Of a DNA stretch of 64,000 nucleotides, positions 25,601 to 37,600 are shown piece after piece. Source of the DNA: Vicugna vicugna. Taxonomy: Eukaryota. Numbering within the stretch: position 1 is the first letter of the stretch; each line of letters opens with the position of its first letter. Under the pieces are notes generated by a model. The model was not told where the DNA came from. It was given only the letters and a program-made list of their open reading frames with translations, and ran no database searches. The translations under genes and the position numbers were made by a program. The stretch lies in assembly GCA_013265495.1 (NCBI GenBank), contig MU058213.1:3906001-3970000 (forward strand), given 5' to 3'.

Positions 25601-28600
25601 TAAATACAAAACAGAAATAGACTCACAGACATAGAATACAAACTTGTGGTTGCCAAGGGGGCGGAGCGGTGGGAAGAGATAGACTGGGATTTCAAAACTG
25701 TAGAATAGATAAACAAGATTATACTGTATAGCACAGGGAAATATATACAAGATCTTATGGTAGCTAACAGAGAAAAAAATGTGACAATGAATATACACAT
25801 GTTCATGTATAACTGAAAAATTGTGCTCTACACTGGAATTTGATGCAATATTGTAAAATGATTATAAATCAATAAAAAATGTTAAAAAAATAAAATAAGG
25901 AGACTAATCTTGATATAGGTGATTTTTAATTAGTTAGGATACACTTTAAGCACCATAGCAAACATTTCCTTGACTTCAGACCTGCCAATACACTACTTAG
26001 AAAAATGGACCATTTCTGCATGTCAGTAGAAATTTTATCACGGCTTATGCACAAAATAAAAAACTTGTAGCAATTTTAAAACTGCTGAGAGGAAACATAA
26101 GTCTATGTGAAAGAATACTCAAGGAATGACTTCTGCCTTAAGCCTGAAGAACATTTCCACAATATATAGAGTTCTAGGGTATTGTTTTCTTTCCATCTTG
26201 AAATCTACTATCTTCCAGTTTCTGCTATTGCTGCTCACACTCATACTTCTGCCTGCTGCGCCTCTGAAGATGAATAGTCTTTTCCGTGTGACTACTTTTG
26301 TGATTTTTATGATTTTCTCTGTTGCTGGATTTCAAAAGTTTGACTTAAACACAGATGTATTCTTATTTATTGTGTCTTACCTGTGGCTTTATGTCCTATC
26401 CTACATTATTTTCGGAAATTCTGTATCTCTTTGAATACTACTTCTGCACCATCCTCCTTCATTTCTACTACTAGAATTAAAATTATGCATCTGGTAGAAC
26501 GTGCCACCACAGCCATTGCCTCCTTCAAGTTCTCTTTTGTATTTTTCTATTCTTTTGTCTATGCTTTATTCTGGATATTTTTCACTAACCTGCTCACACA
26601 GTATCTCTTCATCTGTTTCTATCCAGTAAAATCTAATTAAATTCTGGATTATTGAAGTACAACATACACTAAAGTGCACAAATCTTAAGAATACAGCTTA
26701 TAGAACGATGTTGAACACCTTGCTATATGCTTACTGGCCAAGCTCTGCTTCACTTAACTCTCAGCCATGCTTTTGCAATCTGCAGAAACTTCCAGGAGAA
26801 ATGCAGCGACAAATGCCAGGCTCACCATTCCGGCTTCCTTCCTCTCCCATACCTTATCTTTACACCTTTTCCTAATAGGCTACTCTAGGAGGGAGCATTA
26901 ATCTGAATCACCCAGGCTGCAATTGCCAGAAGTGAAAAGCTCCTATATTCAACTCTTAGAAGTGAACTAGACAAAGCCATGATGAAATATTTACTTCATC
27001 TTCAGATAATATAAAACCAGGAGTGACAGCTAACAGTGACAGGAAAATTAAGATCCAAAACGACAGTCTGAGACTAAAACAATGTGAACACATGAGCAGT
27101 AATTCTAAATCTTTTTTATTTTTCAAAGAATTAGCAACCCCTTAGAAAATTTGATAAAAGTTGTGGACACAGGAAAATACACATGGGTGCATCTGCCAAC
27201 CATATAAACATAACTGAATGAGGTGTAAAACCCCTGAAGCTCATCCATGGGTTATACAATATTCTACAGAAGCCTTGCTCAGTTACGATAAAATGTAGTA
27301 ACTATCAAAGTAAATTTCTAATATAGTCAACTACATAAGTACAGAATGGGCATTAAGTTAGCTTGAGTTTAATCAAAACTGTGACAGGCTGCCACTAAGA
27401 AGTAATCTGATCTTAGGCAATAGTAAGAAACATATTCTAGAATGATGTGGTTAAGAGTCCCTGATTAGGGGCACTCAACAGTACCCAGCAGTATTACCGA
27501 CAATTGTAGGGGCAATATTTTGTTAAGGAACACCAAAAATCTATACGTCTACAGAAGAGAACCAGGATGGCAAGGAACTCTGAAACCATGTTATATAAGG
27601 AATAAATGAAGGAATGAGCGATATGTAACTTACAGAAGAAAACGTTCACTGGTTTCATAAATATGAAGGGGTGTCCTAAAGAAGAACTCAATTTATTTCT
27701 TTTGCAATCAGGTAGCAAACTGAGATAAATGTATGGAAATTACAGGGAAATTAATTGAAACAATAGGAGAAAAAAAGGATTATTCAAAGTTAGGGCTGAA
27801 TGAAAATCAAAGCTCCTATCATAATCACTAGAGGTGCAGAACCACAGCTGACCAGCTGCTTTCCAGAAATACTGGAGGAAATTTACGTAGGCGCATAAAA
27901 TTAAATTAGGTATCATCTAAAATTTCTCTTAAGGATTCATGAACCTTTTTATAAGAAGTCATTTTAAAAATTATCTTTAGAGAAAAGAGAAGAGGGTATT
28001 GATATTGATTTTCATCCTAAATATCAACACTTAATTTCTATGAATACGACCTCTTTTCTCAAATGAATACATATAGGAGTTAAAGCAGTAAGTAATTCCA
28101 GGCAAAATATTAACTAAGTACATTGACATAAAGACAGATATTTCACTCTCAGGTGCCAAGAATTACGTAACATTTTCAAGATAAATATTAAATAAAATTT
28201 TTGGAAGCCAAGATACCTGTTTTCTCTTAATTGTTGCCTCATCTTCTCATCCTTTAGACTCTCATGTTTCAGTTTTGCCAATTCCATAGCCAGTTTTTCT
28301 TCTTGTTCAAGCTGGAGCTCCCTCAATCTTTTGTTTTCTTCAGCCTAAAATTTAAAAAATATATATTAAGTCTAGTCATTTGTCCTCCAGAATCAGATTT
28401 ATTTAACAAGGTTGAATTTATTTGTTTTATAACAGGAAACTGCAAATGTCTTCAGAGCAGTCAACTATTTATGTTTCGTTTTAAAATACAAACTGTTACT
28501 TCAAAAAATACTCTTTCTGAACATTGTATCATAGAAAATTTCAAACATCACCAATAGTCAGAATACTGAACCACACCCTTCGGCAGCGATCACTCACCTC

Positions 28601-31600
28601 CAACAGCTGTCAATATGTTGCCAATCTTTTCTCTTCTACTCCATTCATACTTTTTTCTGTTCTTTTTTACTAGAATATTTTAAAACAAATCCTAGATATG
28701 TCATTACCATGTAAATAACTCAATACTGATATCTATCTGACAAGAATTTCTTCTAATATAACCACATCATTAACAAATTTAAATAAATTAACAGTAATTC
28801 CTTAGTAAGGTCTAATACCTTGTCCGTATATTCAGGTTTCCCAAATTGTCTCAAAAAACTTTTTTGTTTGGTTTGTGCAAATTAAAATCCAAATAAGGTC
28901 TACAATTTTATCTAGTTATTATTTCTCTTAAGTCTATTTTTTAACAGTCTCCTCATGCACACAGTACCACCCCACCTGCCCACCCACATGGCACTGATTT
29001 GTTGTAGAAATTAGGACATTTGTCCTACATTCTGAATTTGTTGTTTCCCAGGGATATCATTTATCTTGTTTCTCTTCTGTATTTCCTGTAAAATGGTAGA
29101 AAGATCTAGAGACTTGATTAAATTCTGTATTTATTAGTGAATAAGTACATGAAAAGATGTTCAACATCATTAACCACCTGGAAATTCAAGTTAAAACTAC
29201 AATGATACATCACTACATACCTACAGAAATGGCTACAATAAAAAATAGTAGCAAAACCACATGCTGTGAGAAACTGCATTACTCACTGCTGGGTGGGAAT
29301 GTAAAATGGTAGTCACTCTGGAAAACAGTTCAGTAGTTTGTTACAAAGCTCACCTGCAACTACCATACAACTCAACAGTTGTATTAAAGTATTTATCCAA
29401 GAGAAATGATAACTTATGTTTATTAAGAAACCTGTACCCAAATGTTTATAGCAGATTTATTCAAAATAGCCAACTGGAAATACCTAGACATCCTTCAACA
29501 GGTGAATGGTCAAAATAAACTGTGGTATATCCCTACCACAGAACACTGCTCAGCAACGAAAAGGAATGTGTACTGATACAATCAACAATCCGGATGAATC
29601 TCTAGGAATTATGCTGAGTGAAATAATCCAACTCCAAAAGATTACATACTGTTTGACTCCATTTGTATAATGTTCTTGGAAAATGTTCTATTATAAAACT
29701 GAATTATAATTCATATAGCATAAAATTCACCTTTCACAATTCACAACTCAGCGATTTTGTAGTATATTCCCAATGTTGTGCAACCATCCTCATTACCTAG
29801 CTTCAGAAAAAAAAAATTTAACAGACTATTTTTTGGAGCAGTATTGGGTTTCTAGAAAAACTGAGAAGAGAGTTCCCACACACCTTCTGCCCACACACAT
29901 GCACAGCCTCCCTCACTATCAACATTCCCCACCAGAGGGTACATGTTACAATCAATAAACACACTGACACATCATTATCACCCAAAGTCCATAGTTTATC
30001 TTACGGTTCATTCTTGGTGTTACATATTCTATGGGTTTGAACAAATATACAATGACACACTACAGCATCATACAGAGTAATTTCACTGTCCTAAAAATAC
30101 TCTCTGCTCAGGTCATTCATCCCACCCTCCCCAAATCCCTGGCAACCACTGATCTTTTTATAATTCCCCATAGTTTTGCCTTTTCCAGAATGTCATATAG
30201 ATGGAATCATACAGTATGGAGCCTTTACAGATTGGTTTCTTTCACTTAGTAATACACATTTACGGTTCTTCCATGCCTTTTCATGGCTTGATAGCTCATT
30301 TATTTTAACATTAAATAATATTCTACTGTGTGGATTATTTATCCATTCACCTAATGAAGGACATCTTGGTTGCTTACAAGTTTTGACAATTATGAATAAA
30401 GCTGCTATGGACATCCATGTGCAGGTTTTTGTATGGATGTAAGTTTCCAATGTTAAAGAACATTTTTTCTCACTCCCCAAAAAATCCCATACCTGCTAGT
30501 ATCACTCATCATTCCCCTTAACCACTAACCTACTTCCTATATGTACAATTTGCTTATTCCAGATATTTTACTGAAATAGAATCATAAAATTTGTGGCCTT
30601 TTTGTACTTGGCTTCTTTCGTTTAGCATAATGTTTCCAAAGTTCATCTATGTTGCAGCACATATCAGTAATTCATTCCTTTTTATGGCTGTATAATACTC
30701 TGTTGTATAGATAGAAAGCTACACATGTTATAAACTGTATAGAACTAAACACACACAAGTAAAACTGGGGAAATCTGAACAAGACTGGTGGATTGTATCA
30801 TTGCTGATATCTCGTTTGTGATCTTGTACTACTGCAAAATGTACCACTGGGAGAAATTGGGTACAAGGTATATAAGATATCTCTGTATTCTATCTTGCAA
30901 CTGCATATGAATCCACAGTTATCTCATAAAAATTTCAATTAACAAAAAGCAACAGCAAAGACTGGTGAGGACACAAAGCAACTGAAATTCTTACACATTA
31001 CTTGAGGAAATGCAAAACAGTGTAGTACCTTTGGAAAACAATTTGGCAGTTTCTTATAAAAATGAAACCTACACCTGCCATACAACCCAATCATCTGACT
31101 CAGGTATGTATCCAAGAGAAATGAAAATTTTTGTTCAGAAAAATGTTTGTAGGCAGTTTTATTCACATTTGCCAAAAACTGTAAGCAACTCAAATTTCTT
31201 TCAACCTGTGAATGGATAAACAAATTGTGATACATCCATGTTATGAAATAATTCTTGGTGTTACATATTCTATGGATTTGAACAAATACACAATGACATT
31301 TATCCACCACTACAGCATCATACAGAGTAATTTCACTGTCCTAAAAATACTCTCTGCTCAGGTCATTCATCCCACCCTCCCCAAATCCCTGGCAACCACT
31401 GATCTTTTTATAATTCCCCATAGTTTTGCCTTTTCCAGAATGTCATATAGATGGAATCATACAGTATGGAGCCTTTACAGATTGGTTTCTTTCACTTAGT
31501 AATACACATTTACGGTTCTTCCATGCCTTTTCATGGCTTGATAGCTCATTTATTTTAACATTAAATAATATTCTACTGTGTGGATTATTTATCCATTCAC

Positions 31601-34600
31601 CTAATGAAGGACATCTTGGTTGCTTACAAGTTTTGACAATTATGAATAAAGCTGCTATGGACATCCATGTGCAGGTTTTTGTATGGATGTAAGTTTCCAA
31701 TGTTAAAGAACATTTTTTCTCACTCCCCAAAAAATCCCATACCTGCTAGCATCACTCATCATTCCCCTTAACCACTAACCTACTTCCTATCTGTACAATT
31801 TGCTTATTCCAGATATTTTACTGAAATAGAATCATAAAATTTGTGGCCTTTTTGTACTTGGCTTCTTTCGTTTAGCATAATGTTTCCAAAGTTCATCTAT
31901 GTTGCAGCACATATCAGTAATTCATTCCTTTTTATGGCTGTATAATACTCTGTTGTATAGATAGAAAGCTACACATGTTATAAACTGTATAGAACTAAAC
32001 ACACACAAGTAAAACTGGGGAAATCTGAACAAGACTGGTGGATTGTATCATTGCTGATATCTTGTTTGTGATCTTGTACTACTGCAAAATGTACCACTGG
32101 GAGAAATTGGGTACAAGGTATATAAGATATCTCTGTATTCTATCTTGCAACTGCATATGAATCCACAGTTATCTCATAAAAATTTCAATTAACAAAAAGC
32201 AACAGCAAAGACTGGTGAGGACACAAAGCAACTGAAATTCTTACACATTACTTGAGGAAATGCAAAACAGTGTAGTACCTTTGGAAAACAATTTGGCAGT
32301 TTCTTATAAAAATGAAACCTACACCTGCCATACAACCCAATCATCTGACTCAGGTATGTATCCAAGAGAAATGAAAATTTTTGTTCAGAAAAATGTTTGT
32401 AGGCAGTTTTATTCACATTTGCCAAAAACTGTAAGCAACTCAAATTTCTTTCAACCTGTGAATGGATAAACAAATTGTGATACATCCATGTTATGAAATA
32501 CTACTATACTACTCAGCAATAAAAAGGAATGATTCATGCAACATGAAATATTAAATTTGTTTTGCCAAGTAAAATAAGTCAGACCCAAAAGGTGACATTT
32601 ATGTAATTCCACCTATATGATGCTACGGAAAAGGTTAACCTATTGGGACAAAAAAAGGAATCAATGGTTTCCAGGGATTCGGGGTGGAGGTGAGTGGCTG
32701 ACTACAAAGGAACAGCATGAGGGGACTTCTGGTGTGATGAAATTGCTTTGTATGACACTGTAATGGTGGGAACAGAAATCTATGGATTTGCCAAAACCCA
32801 CAGAACCATACATCACCAAGAATGAATTTTATAATATGCAGATATAAAAAGAAAACAAGTACATCTACACCATGCACTACTACTCAATAATAAAAATGAA
32901 TTAACTACTGATATATCCAACAACTTGGATGAATCTCAAGAGCATTCTGCAGAGTGAAAAAAACCTATGCAAAAGGTCACAGACATATAATTCCACTTAT
33001 GTATGGATTGTTTATATAACATTCTTGAAATGACAAAATTATAGAGCTGGAGAACAAATTACTGGTTGCCGGGCATAGTGGGGGTTGAAGGGAGTTTATG
33101 ACCGTAACAGGGCAGCAGGTAAGAGAACCTGGTGGTAATGGAGTAGTTGTGTTATCTTGAACGAGGTGGTGGTTGCACAAGTCTGCACATGTGATAAAAT
33201 AACATAAAAGTATATATGCATAAGGTGGAAATGTCATTTTACAGGGTTGATATTACACTATAGTTATGTAATATGTAACCAATGGGGGAAACTGTTCAAG
33301 GGCACAGTGGACCTCTCCATATTATCTTTGAACCTTCCCAAGGATGTGTAATTATTTCAACATTTCTTTAAAAAGAAATCAACCAGCTGTGGGGGAGGGG
33401 AACAATGGAATGCAGACTGTGATAAATTAACTGTATTAAAAATCACATAACCACAATGAAAAAGACAGGTAGGAATGGACATAAGTAACTTTCTAAGTGT
33501 TTAACTAGATATTGTAAAGCTAAAGATGAAAAGAGCTACACTCAAATCTGTATTATAGTAAGCTCACAGGGGTGCAGATTAGCAATTCTGAAAATATTTG
33601 TACACTAGGGTTCAAAGAATAGGTAAATATATTGTAGACAATGAGAACCAGCTTTCTTTTTGTTGGGAGAATGCAATCACAATGGAAAAGACTAAAACGA
33701 AACCTGCGGTGCCAGACTGGAGTAAGCAGTACCAATGCAGACTCATGGTTTTCTATGAATAAATACATGCAGATAGACACTGACACAAAAGTAAATAGAC
33801 ATGTGTGTGCATTGGTTAGTTTACACGTATTTTCTAGTTCTTTCCACCTAGAGGGAGTAAAGCAGTAAAACTTCAGTAATAATGTACACACCTATCATCT
33901 TGGCTTTTAAACACTACTGTCCAATAAAAGGAATCAAATCTTGTTGGAGAATTGGTTGATTCCAAGGCCAGGAAAGAATAATCTGAGCCTCAAAAATCTT
34001 GTGGTGCCAGAAAACAAGTAAATGCAAACAAATAAACAAAAAAAAAGGTGGATCATGTCAGAAAGACACAGGAGACAACTTGAAGAGTTTCCAAAAGATA
34101 AAACTGGAACAACGGGGTCAACAACAACAAAACAATAATAGTACTGGATTATAAGACAAAAATTTTTAAATTGATGAATCCGTACTGATATAAATAACTG
34201 AATAAATATATAGGGGAAAAAAGCCAACTGTATCTTATAGGAAAATTCCAACTAATAGATGAAGAAGGAATGAGACAAAAAGGAAATTACCATTAAAATC
34301 CCAAAGTAACAATTGCTAAAGGCAAGATTCACCAGTGAATGCTAACATTAGTGGGCAAGATGTTTAAAGAAAAACAGTATTTCCATAGTCTCAAAGCAGC
34401 CCCTTCAAAATATTTAGCATTTACAAAATGTAAAATAATTCTAAAGTAGAAAACTTTACAGAGGAGAATCCTGATAGATACAGTATTAACCAAGTGATCA
34501 AGGTTAAAGTCAAGAATAATACATATCAACATCATGTACCCCCAGTATAAAATGAAAAGGGCATTAAGGTCCCCCAGTCCGTTGATTTTAAGTTAATCAG

Positions 34601-37600
34601 AAGGGAGACTTTCCTGGGCAGGCCTGACTTAATCAGGTGAGCCCTAATAATGACGAGGAGTAACTAAAGTCATTGCCTTGTGGACCTTAGAGAAGCAGAC
34701 TGCATGTGTAGAGAGTCATGTGGCAGGGAATGTCAGCAACCTCTGGGAGACGAAAACCTCAGTCTTAAAACTACAAGAACGTGAATTCTGCTGACAACTT
34801 CAATAAGCTCAGACGAGACCCCAAGATCCAGGTGAGAATGCATGATAGACAACAGCTTGATTTCAGCCTTGTGAGACCGTAGACAATCCATGCCTGGACT
34901 TCTGAGCTACAAAAGTTGTGAGGTAATAAATGGGCGTTGTTTTAAGCCACTAAGTTTGTGGTAATTTGTTACACAGCAACAGAAAATGAATATAACAAAT
35001 GAACTATATATAGTCTTTAGAACTGCCAAGGTCATGAAAAACAGGAAAAAGGGAGGAACTTTCAAAGAATGGAAGAGACTAAGGAGACCTGACAACTAAA
35101 TGCAGTTTGTGATCCTGGAACAGAAAAAAGACATTAGTGGGAAAACTGATGAAACCTGAGTAAATCCCATAGTTTGGTTAACAGTATTGTTGCAAGGCTG
35201 ATTTCTTCATTCTGGTAATTGTTCTATGACTATGTCAGATGTTAACACAAAGGGAAGTCAGGTCAAGGGTACACAGAAATTTTTACACTATTTTTGCAAC
35301 CCTATAAATGTAAATTTATCTGAAAGAGTTAAAAATATGCATAATTCCAAGTTCTGTCTACTGGATCCAATGATAAACCAAGAATAATAAGCATATTTAA
35401 CATCCAAATTGTCTCTAAACATTATATCCACTAAATGATAACAAAGCTCCTTGGTACAATGGCAATTCCTTCTGTGAAGCAAGAAATTTATAAGATGAGC
35501 TTAGTATCAAGGTTTTCCAGAGAAAAGAGAAACTATAAAAAGGAATAGGATCAAGTACCAAGAGCTGCAGGGGGAGCTGGAAAGCTGGAAACTGAGGATA
35601 GCCAATGGTTTTAGTCTAGGTCTGAAGGACTGAGAGCCAGTGATGTAGTTCCTGCTGAAAGCTGGCATGCTGGAGACTCAGTAAGAGTTGATGTTTTGGT
35701 TCAAGTGTGAAGACAGGAATAAAGCTAATATCCCAGTTGGAAAGCAATTGAGGAGGAGCAGTTTCCTCTTAGCCTTTTTGTTCTAATCAGGCTTTCAACT
35801 GATTGGATAAGGCCCACCCACATTAGGGAGGAAAATCTGCTTTACTCAGTCTACTATTTTACATGTTAATCTCATCTAAAATGACCCAAAATGTTTGCCA
35901 AATATCTGGGCACCTCATAGCCCAGTCAAGTTGACACATAAAATCAACCACCACTAGCCTGTAACATTTCGTTCTGACAAAAAGCAAGGAAGCAATCACA
36001 GACTAATGGAGTCTTGTCAAAAGGACACAGAAGCAATAAAAGGGTCATTGGCCAAAGGTAGGACAATTTGAGTATGAAAAAAAAAATAAATGCAATGAAT
36101 TCAAGTATATAAAGGCCCATGAGGCCATAAAGATATATATATATATTTAAGTCCAAAGCTAAAGAAAACAAAATGTAAAAAAAACCCAACATAGGCATAC
36201 ACCAATGTTAGTAACTAGGGCACCCGTTTTCCCTCTGAAAATTCATTATTTATCTCCCTTTCCAGTAAAAACATCTCAGGGTACCAAGTTACCCTACTTG
36301 ATGAGGGAAAGTTCTTTACAGAGGAATTTCAGCTCATTAACTGTGAAAGAACAACAAAATTAGAAAATCAGTGTTTTGCCACCCCCTAATGAAGAAAAAG
36401 ATTCATTGGTGAAAGCACAGATTAAAGTTTGATGGGAATCTTTACAATGAAGGAACCAGGCTGTCTCACTAAATCCATTTTCAACATTAGCATCCGGAAC
36501 ATGGAACAAGCAGACAGCATGTGCCTGCTGGTGGCATACAATACCAAGGACAGCATCACCATGGAGTGACTGTCCAAAAAGTTGTACCTAAATCTAATCA
36601 TGCCTTCAGGGCTAATTTCTATTCAGAGGAAATATAAGAGATAGGAGAACACAGGAAAGGAACCACTGAAGAGGCAAACAGACAAATTCAGAAAGTGGAA
36701 TGTCCTATTAAACAACCGGCCTAGCTTCTTTAACAAGTTAAAAACATCAAGTTAAAAAAACAGCACAAGGGAACGGCTGTTTTAGATTATAAGGAACCTG
36801 ACATAACCAAATATGCTGTATGAATCTTGTTTGGATCCTGATTCAAACAAATCAACTGTAAAAGTTTTTTGACAGTCACAGAAATTAGATTATGGAATGG
36901 AATTAAATAAGACCTAGAATTTATTGATAATTCTGTTAGGTAAGATAGTGGCATTATGCTCCTCCCATGTAAAAAAAATCCATATTTTGTAAGATGTATA
37001 CTGAAGTATGCAAGAGAGTTGATATGATATCTGGGATTTTCTTTAAAATTAAAGAAAAATAAGAATAAAGAAAACGGGGGGAAAAACCTAATCCCTAGTA
37101 CCTTCTTGCTTAGGGTTAAAAAGTCATGTCTAAGCTTCTGGAATCTGGAACTCAGAAGGGTGAATACTACTTTTAAAACTTGTTTCTGCCATTTCCCACA
37201 ATATCTTACAAAATGTTGAACATACAGCAGGCACTCAAAAAATACTGAAATATCAGAACACCTTTTTCACATTTATGAAAACTCAATTCTTTATTTACTG
37301 GTTTCTCTTTTTCTACCTCCTTCATCCTTTAAAATATTCAGAAATTGTATCTGAATTTTGTTATCTCCAAACTTCAGGAGTTATATACACACATATTGTA
37401 CCTGAATTCTTCAAGACAGTATTTCAAAAATCAAGAATACAAGTAAATTCGTAAGTGTTGATTTTCTATCACTTAATAGTGTCCATGTTTAATCTCAGTA
37501 AATTCAAAAAAGCTTTTTTTTTTACTTTTTTTTTTAGTATAGTCAGTTACAATGTGTCAATTTTTGGTGTATAGCATAACGCCCCAGTCATGCATATATG

